From NCBI GenBank assembly GCA_037445065.1, contig JBBILD010000002.1, positions 32,001-96,000 on the forward strand: DNA of 64,000 nt. Reading direction: 5' to 3'. Below, piece by piece: positions 38,223 to 47,727 of this stretch. A program made the translations under genes and the position numbers. The notes under the pieces are model-generated. The model ran no database searches and was not told the DNA's origin. It was given only the letters and a program-made list of their open reading frames with translations. Source of the DNA: Myxococcales bacterium (GTDB lineage Bacteria > Desulfobacterota > Binatia > HRBIN30). Within the stretch, counting starts at the first letter, position 1; each line of letters starts with the position of its first letter.

Positions 38223-40077
38223 ATGCAGCGGGCCGTCATTCGTAGAGCTTTGGAGTGGGCTTTTCCGGCGGCGGACGCGGGGACAATTTGTGTTCTCGCG
38301 GCGGAGGCACGGACGGTTCCGTTGCGACGCGCAGAGGTCTTGTACCGCGAGGGCGACGTTGCCCGCAGCATGCACGTGGTTTTGAGTGGCCGTCTCCAAG
38401 TGCGGGCCTCGAATACCTTAGGCAGCGAACGAGTCGTAGCGTTTTGGGTGAGGGGGAAGTGGTCGGGGAGATGGCGTTGCTTGTGGGCGGAAGACGCACT
38501 GCGACTGTCGCCGCTGCGCGTGACAGCGTCTTGGCAGAGTTCGACCAAGACGTGTTCGCGCAAGCTGCCGCGCGCCAGCCACAAGTGATCGTGGAAGTTG
38601 CTCGACGCGTAATCGACCGCCTGCTTCTTACCCAAAGGGGAGAAACAATTGCGCTTCCGTTGAAACACATCGCACTCGTGCCGATCGGTGCTTCCGCCGC
38701 GGTGCATGAGGTGGGGCGGCGTTTGCAGCTCGCGCTCCTACGGTCTGGGCGGGTTTGCGTGATTGACAGGGCGCGTCCGCCGCCCGTGTCGCAGACCACC
38801 TAAGTAACGACTCACAGGGCGCAGTCCTCGCGCTGACGAAGTGGATTGACGACCTCGAGCGCCGATACGATTTCATCGTGTCTGTGACCGACGAGGCCGC
38901 CACCCCGTGGACACGGTTATGCAGCGGACATGCCGATAATAAGCTGCTGCTGGTGGCAGGTGCGGGCGACCCGCCGGAGCCGACCGAACTCGAAGAGGAG
39001 TTGGAACGACACCTCGGACAGCACGCAGGAGAGACCGAGCTTGTCCTGATCCACCGAGGCGGTTCGCCGAACGGGACAAACCGCTGGCTAGATCCCCGGC
39101 AGATCGCTCGCCATCACCATGTGCCATGGGCTGGTAACTCTGGATCCGATCGCTTGGCTCGTCGCCTGGCTGGCAAGGAAATCACGCTCGTGTTGAACGG
39201 TGGAGGTGCTTGGGGGCTGGCTCACGTGGGTGTGGTACGCGCGCTGCGAGAAGCTGATGTGACGGTAGACGCCGTCGGAGGTGTGAGCTTCGGCTCCCGA
39301 GTGGGGGCGGCGGTGGCGCTGAACGTGAGCAACGAAGCGATGCTCGAGCAGAGCCGGCGCGTGTTCTTGGAAGGCGGGCTGCTGAACGACTACACCGTAC
39401 CAATGGTTTCGCTGCTCCGCGGGCGCCGGATGGAGGAGCTTTTGCGCCAAACCTTCGATGACGCGGACATCGCAGACGCGTGGATTCCATTCTTCGCCCT
39501 GTCCGCGAACCTTTCACGCAGCCGCCTCGAAATCCACACTCGGGACACATTTTGGCGGGCGTTGCGAGCCAGTGTCTCGCTTCCGGGCGTATTTCCACCG
39601 CTGCCGGATCGGGGAGATCTGTTGGTGGATGGCGGGCTGCTCAACAACTTCCCTGTCGACATTATGAAAGAACTCTTCCCGGGGCGGACGGTTGCCGTGG
39701 ATCTTTCCTAGGGAGACGACAGGATATTTGGAGAAGAAAGGGTACCGACGCCTTTGGAGATCCTCGTCCAGAAACTGCGCAGAAAGGCGTCTTGGTTCCC
39801 CTCGCTGCCGTACGTGCTGATGAAGTCAACCACGCTGAGCAGCTCCGGACTCGTTGTCTCCGCCCGGAATCTTGCCGACTTGTGCTTGTGCCCTCCGGTC
39901 GAGGGTTACGACATGCTGGACTTTTCCCGGCTCTACGACTTGGCGGATGCGGGCTACCGGTACACACAAAAGCGACTGCGAGAGTGGCTCGAGACGCGGC
40001 CGGATTGGACAGCCCCCATGGATGTCTTTGACTCGCGCGTCTTCTCACGGTTGGAGGGTAGGGCAGGTGCCTGCTGA
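38223..40077 (+). pseudogene. cNMP-binding plus patatin (NTE/RssA-like) phospholipase gene, disrupted
   Basis: cNMP domain (LYREGD, GEMALL..RTATV) split by a frameshift near 38440; second shift/stop near 38770-38805; patatin GGGAWG, GVSFG, DGG; in-frame TAG at 39709-39711. Confidence 0.8.
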
Positions 40078-40521
40078 AACAGCCGCGGGTTCGTTTGTCG
40101 CTCTTCCGGAGGTCCGAAGCCGCCGGTGGTTTGCGGGCATTGCTTCTACCCCGAACCAACTTGACCGAAGTATTGCTCCCCCGCCTGACAGATCAACTTG
40201 CGCCCGAAGCTTCCGCTCAAGACCGAACGCAGCGGCAAGCTGAGGAGGCAGCCTCTTGCTCACACAAGCGAACCCGAAGCCGTGTGGCCGGTGAGAGGCA
40301 GCATCAGCATGACAGAAAACGGAAGAGCTGGGGGTTCGCTGCCGCAATTTGGCCATAGCGCCGCGTTTTGGCATCCAGCGGGGTGCTTTGCGCATTGAGA
40401 TCATGCTGGCAATCGAGTCGCGCCAAAAGTTGTCACTACTCCAGTGCAATGTTGTCCCGGTTCGCCGTATGCTGTTGGCATTCATTTTGCGTCGCCGGCG
40501 TCACCAGTGGTAGCGGAAGCG

Positions 40522-41631
40522 ATGATGAGTGTGCGAATGGTGCTCCGAGATGGAAACCCCACGGTTGACCAGGTGGCTTATCTGCTCAGTCGCATCGACT
40601 TGTTCGAGAGCTTTAGCCCGATCACGTTGCGGCTAGTCGCGCGAGCCTGCTCTCTCCGACACTTGGAGCCAGGGAAGGTGTTGTTTGAACACGGGGAGCC
40701 GGGGGCTTCGTTGTTCGTGGTGCTCGATGGCAGCCTCGAAGTGTTTCGGGGTGAGCGCGCGATCGCGACCATTGGGAGAAACGAGTACATTGGTGAACTT
40801 GCTCTCCTGGATCCGGGTCCACGCAGCGCGTCAGTCCGCGCTCTCACAGAGACCAACTTGTTGGAAGTGCCGCGTGCTGTGTTCGACCAGTACTTGCGCC
40901 AGGAACCCGAGTCCCTGATTGCGATGACCCGAACGATCACCCGTCGCTTGCGCTCCATGCTCGACGAGACCCAAGCGGCCTACGAGCAGCTCAACATGCA
41001 AGTGCATGACATGTTGAACTTGCTGAACGTCTTGGGTGGTGCTGGATTGGTGGCGGACGTGCTTCCACCCGATGACCCGAACCAACGGTACTTGGGCATG
41101 ATCCTCAGCACTCGTGACCGCTTGGAAAAAATGATGCGCGACGCGCTGCGGCGAGCCCGTGGCGAACGATCCGGTTACTGCAAGGTGGCGACCGATCTCC
41201 AAGAACTCGTTGAAAAGACACTCCGTACGGACCTTGCGTTGCATCCGGATGTACGGCGAACCCAGGTTGTTGTGCAGCGGCGGGGCGCTCTCGGACAGTG
41301 TGTGTGCAACCCCGCCGATTTGCAGCGCGTGCTCGCCAATTTGGTGATCAATGCGGCGCAAGCAAGCGGCGAGGATGGCTCGGTCGTGATCACGCTGTGG
41401 GAAGACCGAAGTCACTCCTTTATAGAGGTGGCTGACGACGGTCCGGGAATCGCCCCGGACGCATTGGAGCGAATTTTCGACCCGCACTTTAGCACCAAGC
41501 CCCACGGTAGCGGGTTGGGCCTTACTTCGGCACGGCAGATCGTGGAATACCTACACGGTGGACGCTTGCAGTGTGAATCGGTGCCAGGGCAGGGCAGTCG
41601 CTTCACCATTTGCTTGCCGAAGCGCTGTTAA
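40522..41631 (+). CDS. cNMP-binding sensor histidine kinase
   Basis: LFEHGEPG, GELALLD..PRSASV; H-box VHDMLN; NLVINA, DDGPG, GSGLGL. Confidence 0.9.
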   Translation: MMSVRMVLRDGNPTVDQVAYLLSRIDLFESFSPITLRLVARACSLRHLEPGKVLFEHGEPGASLFVVLDGSLEVFRGERAIATIGRNEYIGELALLDPGPRSASVRALTETNLLEVPRAVFDQYLRQEPESLIAMTRTITRRLRSMLDETQAAYEQLNMQVHDMLNLLNVLGGAGLVADVLPPDDPNQRYLGMILSTRDRLEKMMRDALRRARGERSGYCKVATDLQELVEKTLRTDLALHPDVRRTQVVVQRRGALGQCVCNPADLQRVLANLVINAAQASGEDGSVVITLWEDRSHSFIEVADDGPGIAPDALERIFDPHFSTKPHGSGLGLTSARQIVEYLHGGRLQCESVPGQGSRFTICLPKRC

Positions 41632-41951
41632 CGCTTGCACTTGGTCAGCCCTGTGCTGCCCGGATGAAGGTGAGGCTGAGGATCCCTGCGGCGGTTCGCG
41701 ATCGGGACGGAACCGCTCCGCCCGGAAACGGCAATGACACGGGCGCGAAGAGTGGGTCGCGGCGCGCTTGCGTTCGGAGATGTGGACGGGGCCGCAGACA
41801 GCCCGTAGCGTTTGTAACGCTTCGCGAAGTCCACGCGTACGTCCAGCGCCCTTCGAGAAAGTTCGGGGCCCGAAAACTTCTGCCGCGATCCACTTGCCAG
41901 TTTTGCGCGGTACGGGTAAGCCGCCACCGCACACAGGCTAGGGAGGGCACC

Positions 41952-42254
41952 ATGGCGGTTACGATTGTAGCGACGTTGCGCGTACAGCCGGGTAACGAGG
42001 AACCGTTCGAAAAGGCAGCCGCGGGCCTTCTGGAGTACGTGTTGAACAACGAGCCCGAAACGTTGACGTATCTGCTGCATCGGGAGCGCACGGCCCCAAA
42101 CTCGTTTTTGTTCTACGAAGTGTACGCGGATGAGGAAGCGCTCGCGAAGCACGGGAGTAGCGAGGCGCTTCAGCGTTTTTTTACGGAGGTCGCGCCTTTG
42201 CTCGATGGCCAACCTCAGATCAAGACCTACGACGAGTTAGGTGGGAAACGCTGA
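41952..42254 (+). CDS. ABM-family (putative quinol) monooxygenase
   Basis: NEPETLTY, FYEVYADEEALAKH; GGAGGG SD. Confidence 0.88.
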   Translation: MAVTIVATLRVQPGNEEPFEKAAAGLLEYVLNNEPETLTYLLHRERTAPNSFLFYEVYADEEALAKHGSSEALQRFFTEVAPLLDGQPQIKTYDELGGKR

Positions 42255-42282
42255 AGCTTCTGGTCAGCGTGAAGGAGAAGCC

Positions 42283-43293
42283 ATGGGGCATGATTTGCCG
42301 GAGGCGGACTTAGGTTTCCGTGGATTCCCCTTGCCGGGTACGGATTACGAACTACCACCGATGGGTCTCGGCACATGGGCCTGGGGAGACTCAGCCACAT
42401 GGGGGATGAACGCGTACGATCGCTCGTACAACTTCGAGACGATTCGCGAAGCGTATGCGCGCTCGCTCGAGGCTGGCGTGACCTTGCTCGACACTGCCGA
42501 GATGTATGGCGGCGGAGAGAGTGAGCGGATCATCGGGCGGCTGCTGCAAGAAGACCCGGCCCATCGGCACCGGGTACTCGTGGCAACCAAGTTCATTCCG
42601 TTTCCGTGGAGGCTGAACGTAAAGGCGGCTTTGCTGCGCTCGTTACGTGCCTCGCTGGAACGCTTGCAAATGCCTTTCGTTCACCTTTACCAAATCCACG
42701 GGCCTATCAGCTTGCGCTCGCACGAAGCCATGGCAGACGCTTTAGCGGAGGCGCATGCAGCCGGCCTCACCAAAGCAGTGGGGGTTTCCAATTACTCCGA
42801 GAAAGAAATGCGCGCGATCCACGCTGCGCTGGCGCGGCGCGGCATTGCACTCGCGAGCAATCAAATTGAGTACTCGCTCCTTCGCCGCGCCCCCGAACTG
42901 AACGGGCTGATCGATGCGTGCCGGGACCTCGGGGTGATCGTGCTTGCCTATTCTCCTCTCGGGCAAGGCAGACTAACGGGAAAGTATGACCGGCAGCACC
43001 CGCCCCCCGGGAAGCGCAATTTCTCCGCTTACCCGATGGGGGAAATCGAGCCGCTGATTGGGGAACTCCGCCAAATTGGTGAGCGCCACGGTAAGACCCC
43101 CGCGCAAGTGGCGCTGAACTGGCTCATGTGCAAGCGGGTACTGCCCATTCCCGGGGCGAAGAATGGCCGACAGGCCGAGCAAAACGCCGGGGCGCTCGGT
43201 TGGCGCCTAAGCGATGACGAGCTCGCGACCCTCGATCGAGTGGCGAAGCCGGGGAAGACGTCCCTGTTTCTCCGCTTTTGGCAGCACGGTTGA
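42283..43293 (+). CDS. Aldo/keto reductase
   Basis: GLGTWAWG, DTAEMYG, ATK, LYQIH, GVSN, AYSPLGQG, PIPGAK. Confidence 0.95.
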   Translation: MGHDLPEADLGFRGFPLPGTDYELPPMGLGTWAWGDSATWGMNAYDRSYNFETIREAYARSLEAGVTLLDTAEMYGGGESERIIGRLLQEDPAHRHRVLVATKFIPFPWRLNVKAALLRSLRASLERLQMPFVHLYQIHGPISLRSHEAMADALAEAHAAGLTKAVGVSNYSEKEMRAIHAALARRGIALASNQIEYSLLRRAPELNGLIDACRDLGVIVLAYSPLGQGRLTGKYDRQHPPPGKRNFSAYPMGEIEPLIGELRQIGERHGKTPAQVALNWLMCKRVLPIPGAKNGRQAEQNAGALGWRLSDDELATLDRVAKPGKTSLFLRFWQHG

Positions 43294-43431
43294 GCAGCTC
43301 TCGTGGTTCTGGGGCCATTCGTCCGAGTGCGAATCGGAACCGCGCGAGGAAGAGGGCGTGCAGGCCGCCGCAGTGCCAGCCAAGCGGGCGGGTTCGGACA
43401 GGGCGCTGAGAGGAACGGCGGCAAGCCCAAT

Positions 43432-44496
43432 TTACGGCCGCAGCTCGTAGTACGCGTGTACGGGATTCTGAAAATCGTGGCGGCGGAATGTTCGAAACCC
43501 GGCGGCCGTGGCCATTTTGCGCGTAAGCGGCTCGCAAAAGCCAAGAGTGCCAAGGCCCGCACCGCCCGGCTCTGACAGACTGGAGGACAGGCAGCTCAGT
43601 ACAGAAATTCCGTACATCATGGCTGCCATCGGGTTTCTCTCCCGATTCTCCAGAAAGCTGGGCTGGGCGTTGATATCCACGATAAACCACGTACCGTCTT
43701 CTTTGAGGGCGCGGCGTACTGCACGCATGACGCGCGCCGGTTGGGTCATGTCGTGAATACAGTCGAAACTGGTAATGAAGTCAAAGCTCGAATCGCCGGG
43801 AATGTCTTCAGCCGGCGCGTGGTGGAGGGAGACGTTTTCTACTCCGGCTGCAAGAATGTTTTCGCGGGCGCGGTCGAGAGCATGAACAGAGATCTCGTAT
43901 CCATGGAACTCGGAGCGAGGAAACGCTCGCGCCATCTCGATTAACGCGACGCCAGCACCGCAACCCAAGTCTGCGACCTTGGCTCCTCGCTCGAGTTTTT
44001 CCACAACCCCCTCGAGCGCTGGCAACACGAGCGGCACCAAGAAGCAGCGGAACCAAGGGGCCAGGAAGCGCTCGATGCCAATCGCCCCTTCTGGACCGAA
44101 CGCATCGTAGGGTAGGCCGAGCCCGCTGCGGAAACTCTCAGGTAGGCGCTCGACCACGGCCATTTGCTGTGGAAGAGAATGGAAGGCTCCGGCGCTGAAG
44201 ACCGGCGAGCGCTCGTCCGCGAGTACGAGGCCAGCTTCCGGGGAGAGGCGAAAACGTACCCCGTCATCTGTCTGGATCAGGCCCGCACTTGCTTGTGCGT
44301 AGAGCCACTCCCGCACCCACCGTTCGCTGAGGCGGGTCGCGGCCGCCAAGTCGCTACTCGTCATTTCCCTGCCGGCTGCATGCAGGGCTCGGTACAAGCC
44401 CAGGCGATCGCCGAGGTGAATCATGGCCGAGATGACCGCCCCGGAGAGCTGTTGGAACACCAAAAGGAGAAATCGTCGCAGTGGGTCGTCGTTCAT
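43432..44496 (-). CDS. HTH plus class I SAM methyltransferase (Rv2258c-like)
   Basis: GDRLGLY, ERWVREWL, ADLGCGAG, FDCIHD. Confidence 0.9.
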   Translation of the reverse strand: MNDDPLRRFLLLVFQQLSGAVISAMIHLGDRLGLYRALHAAGREMTSSDLAAATRLSERWVREWLYAQASAGLIQTDDGVRFRLSPEAGLVLADERSPVFSAGAFHSLPQQMAVVERLPESFRSGLGLPYDAFGPEGAIGIERFLAPWFRCFLVPLVLPALEGVVEKLERGAKVADLGCGAGVALIEMARAFPRSEFHGYEISVHALDRARENILAAGVENVSLHHAPAEDIPGDSSFDFITSFDCIHDMTQPARVMRAVRRALKEDGTWFIVDINAQPSFLENRERNPMAAMMYGISVLSCLSSSLSEPGGAGLGTLGFCEPLTRKMATAAGFRTFRRHDFQNPVHAYYELRP

Positions 44497-45881
44497 CCTC
44501 GCACCGTCTTCACGTCCGTTTGTGCCGCTGCCCTTCCCTCTGCAACTTCGAGCAGCTCTGCAAAAGCTCGTTCGATTGCGGCGCGCAGCGAGAGGAGGTC
44601 ACACGCACGTTCGGGGTCCCCCGCGACAGAGATCAGGGCTTCTTCGGCAGAGGTGACAAGGCCAAACACCAAACCAAGGTTCGCTGTTAGAGGAGGTAGC
44701 GGCACGACGCGTTCTACCGGAATCCCCACCACGTACCGCTGCTCGCGCAAGCCAGGAAAAGGCCAGAAATACGAATGCACCGCAAGCGACCGAAGGCGAT
44801 CGCGCAGGATGACCTCTCCACCGAGAAGAACGAGGGCTGTCAGCATGGTGGTGCTGCGGGCAAATTGGTCGCTCCCACCGCCGAGTCGCGCCAGCTCGAA
44901 TTGGGCGGCAACACTGCGCAGTCGCTCCACAGGATCGTTGCAGTGGAGCGGCAGTTTCCCCACAGCGAGGGTGACGCGTCGGCCCGTCCGCCGGGCGTCT
45001 TGCTCCGACCCGACAGCGACGGGCAGTACCGCTACGAGTGTCCGCTGCTCGAGCTTCTCCACTTTGTTGGCGAGCACCTCGGCGAGTCCGCCGAGGGCCG
45101 AGGCGACCAGAATCTCCCACACTGAGCCACCGATGCGATTGCGGATCGTGCGAACGGCAGTGAGGGGAAATGAGCACCAAGCTGCATGGCGCCTGCCGCT
45201 GAGCGGCCCATTGAACGGGAATTGCGGCAGCGGCCGGAGTGCGAGGCGCGCCAGATTCGCGAGTGCATCGACCTCGCGGCGTAGAGGTTCGATAACGTCC
45301 TTGCCCGCTCGCCAGCGGCGCCAGAACCCAGTCAGCAGCGAGGAAGCAGCCGCCCAGACGCGTGGTGCAGGAGGGATCTCCTGCTCACTTGCGGATGGGT
45401 TGCCGCGAGGTGGCATCATCCTTCTTTGGGGTTGCGGATCGAGCAGGGCGTTCAACCAAGCTCCCTCGTCCTCCGGGTTCGACCAAAAGACGTGATGGCG
45501 CACGATTAAAATGGAACGCTTCCCGTACTGCACGCAGTGGATCTGCCAGCGGGGGAGCTGACTCGCGAACTTGCGGCTGAGGATTTGTGCCAGAAACCGT
45601 AGTGCAGCGTCTTCTCCCCGTTGCGCAAGCCGATGCAGGAACAGGTGCTGGTCGAGCCGAAAACCCTTGGCCGCTTCCCAGGGAACGGTCAGCGGCCAGC
45701 CGCGCGGCGGCAGCAAGGTTTCTTTTGCGTGTGGAAAATAGGGCAGGCGCTCTTCGATGAGCTGAACCAGGGTTGCCCGCTCGATGCGACCTCGCAGTTC
45801 GACCCAGTAGGTCACGTCGAGGGGAGCCTCTGGCCGATCAAAGGGAAGCAGCGCAACCAGCGCTGGGTGCAGCTCGGGCAC
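44493..45881 (-). CDS. WS/DGAT-like acyltransferase with degenerate active-site motif
   Basis: Condensation-type layout (LPRWQIH, PFNGPLSGRR, DPVERL); HHxxxDG replaced by HHVFWSN. Confidence 0.7.
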   Translation of the reverse strand: MPELHPALVALLPFDRPEAPLDVTYWVELRGRIERATLVQLIEERLPYFPHAKETLLPPRGWPLTVPWEAAKGFRLDQHLFLHRLAQRGEDAALRFLAQILSRKFASQLPRWQIHCVQYGKRSILIVRHHVFWSNPEDEGAWLNALLDPQPQRRMMPPRGNPSASEQEIPPAPRVWAAASSLLTGFWRRWRAGKDVIEPLRREVDALANLARLALRPLPQFPFNGPLSGRRHAAWCSFPLTAVRTIRNRIGGSVWEILVASALGGLAEVLANKVEKLEQRTLVAVLPVAVGSEQDARRTGRRVTLAVGKLPLHCNDPVERLRSVAAQFELARLGGGSDQFARSTTMLTALVLLGGEVILRDRLRSLAVHSYFWPFPGLREQRYVVGIPVERVVPLPPLTANLGLVFGLVTSAEEALISVAGDPERACDLLSLRAAIERAFAELLEVAEGRAAAQTDVKTVRG

Positions 45882-45929
45882 GACGAAGAGGACTAGCGAA
45901 GCGTTGTTCTGAGCGCTGACCGGCGCTCC

Positions 45930-46133
45930 TTACTGCTCGAGCACGAACGTAACCAGCACTGTAGAGCGATACTCGACGATCTTCCCATTCTCGATGTGTG
46001 CGTTTTCCTTGAGCACCTCGAGCCCGGTGATGCCGCGCAACGTCTTGTTGGCACGCTCCAGCGCGTTGCGTACCGCGTCTTCCCAACTGTGCGGGGACGC
46101 ACCGATGATTTGTGTTTGCCTTGCTACCGCCAT
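45930..46133 (-). CDS. Dodecin-family protein
   Basis: 67 aa; SPHSWEDAV, KTLRGITGLEV, EYR, FVLE; GGAGG SD. Confidence 0.88.
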   Translation of the reverse strand: MAVARQTQIIGASPHSWEDAVRNALERANKTLRGITGLEVLKENAHIENGKIVEYRSTVLVTFVLEQ

Positions 46134-46157
46134 GTGTGCTCCTCCCTGCCCGTGGAT

Positions 46158-46358
46158 TTACTCCAGAATGAAGATAATCTTCATGTCTACGCGGTACTCG
46201 ATGATGCGGCCCTGATCCACTTTGACCCGCTTGCCGATGACCTCCAAGCCGGTAATCCCGCGCAGTGTCTTCGCCGCTCGCCGCACCCCTTCGAGGACGG
46301 CCTCCTGAAAACCGTCCGGAGATGAAGCCCGAATCTCTGTCACGCGTGCCACCGCCAT
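46158..46358 (-). CDS. Dodecin-family protein
   Basis: 66 aa; SSPDGFQEAV, KTLRGITGLEV, EYRV, FILE; GGAGG SD. Confidence 0.88.
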   Translation of the reverse strand: MAVARVTEIRASSPDGFQEAVLEGVRRAAKTLRGITGLEVIGKRVKVDQGRIIEYRVDMKIIFILE

Positions 46359-46454
46359 AAGCTGCCTCCTTGCCCAGCTCTTTGGCTGCCAGGCAGCAGG
46401 ACTCTACCAGGGCTTAGCGCTTTCGGGCAACCGCCTTCAGCGGGCCCACGAGGC

Positions 46455-47582
46455 TTAGATGGTGCCCTCCTGGCGCAGTGCTGCGATCTCGCCAGGGGCG
46501 AAGCCGAGATTGCGCAGAACCTCCTCGGTATGCTGGCCAAACTCGGGGGGCAGTGACGGCGGGCGCGGTGGCGTAGCGGACAACTTGATGGGTGAGCCGA
46601 GCAGCACTTTTCCGTCTTGTTCCTGGACGATGCCGCGGTGGCGCACTTGCGGGTCACGCAGCGCCGTTGGGATGTCGTTTACAGGGCCGAAGCAAATGTC
46701 TACCTCACCGAGTTCCCGCAGCCACTCTTCCTGGGTTTTGCTTCGGAACTTGTCGCGCAGCACCCGAAACATTTCCTCTCTACGGGGTCCTTCGGCAAAC
46801 TGGTCCGCAATGAACTCGGGAACGCCCAACCGTTCACACAGGTTCCGCCAGAAGTGTGGCTCGAGTGCACCGACGGTGACGAACTTCCCATCCTTTGTTT
46901 CGTAAACCGCGTAGCAGGGGTAGTGGCCGGTCAACTGCGTTTTCCCGCGTTCCGGCTGGTGGCCTTGGACCAGGTACATGAGGATGTGAAACACGTTCCA
47001 GACCACACTCCCATCCAACATCGCGATGTCGATGTATTGGCCTTTGCCGGTTTGCTGGCGCGCAAGCAGCGCGGCGAGAATTCCCACTGCACCCATCAGC
47101 GCGCCCCCACCGATGTCGGCTACTTGCACAGGGAGGATGGTGGGAGGCGAGCCCGCCGCCCCGGAAACGGCCGTCACGCCCGCGTAACCCAAGTAATTCA
47201 GATCGTGCCCTACTTTGTCCCGGTAAGGACCGTCTTGGCCGTACCCTGAGATGGAACAGTAGACCAGCCGCGGGTTTTCCCGCGCTAGCGTCGGGTAGTC
47301 GATTCCGAGCCGGCTCGTGACTCCTGGCCGGAATCCTTCGAGCACGATGTCTGCTTCTCGAGCCAAGCGCAAGAAGATGTCCCGGCCCCGCGGGGATTTC
47401 AAATTGAGAGTCATGCTCCGTTTGTTGCGTTGGATGAGGGGGATCCCGATGCCCAAGGGATCGTTCGGGGCGGACACGAGAAGAACGTCCACGCCAAGGT
47501 CGGCAAGAATCATCGAGCAAAACGGCCCGGGTAGTTGACGAGAGAGGTCCAGGCACTTGAGACCCGCGAGTGGTCCGTTCAT
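46455..47582 (-). CDS. CaiB/BaiF family III CoA transferase
   Basis: PLAGLKCLDLS, LPGPF, RNKRS, EGFRPGV, ISGYGQDGP, GHDLNY, ADIGGG. Confidence 0.93.
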   Translation of the reverse strand: MNGPLAGLKCLDLSRQLPGPFCSMILADLGVDVLLVSAPNDPLGIGIPLIQRNKRSMTLNLKSPRGRDIFLRLAREADIVLEGFRPGVTSRLGIDYPTLARENPRLVYCSISGYGQDGPYRDKVGHDLNYLGYAGVTAVSGAAGSPPTILPVQVADIGGGALMGAVGILAALLARQQTGKGQYIDIAMLDGSVVWNVFHILMYLVQGHQPERGKTQLTGHYPCYAVYETKDGKFVTVGALEPHFWRNLCERLGVPEFIADQFAEGPRREEMFRVLRDKFRSKTQEEWLRELGEVDICFGPVNDIPTALRDPQVRHRGIVQEQDGKVLLGSPIKLSATPPRPPSLPPEFGQHTEEVLRNLGFAPGEIAALRQEGTI

Positions 47583-47727
47583 GAATCCTCCTTTGTGCTG
47601 GCAGGCATGGAAGCGAGACGGTAAAAAAGGCCCCTGCATGAGGCAAGTGCGGTGGCTTTGCTTTCGCCTCCAGAGCGCAATCCGTAGCGTGGACAGCCGT
47701 GGCCACCCGATCGCCGAGCTTGCGAAG

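Noticed and set aside
37477..39711. Two in-frame TAG codons suggesting amber recoding (pyrrolysine or an alternative code)
   Set aside because: The same locus also has frameshifts, and TAG is a normal stop for intact genes here (kdsB, pyrG, cytochrome c); pseudogenisation is simpler
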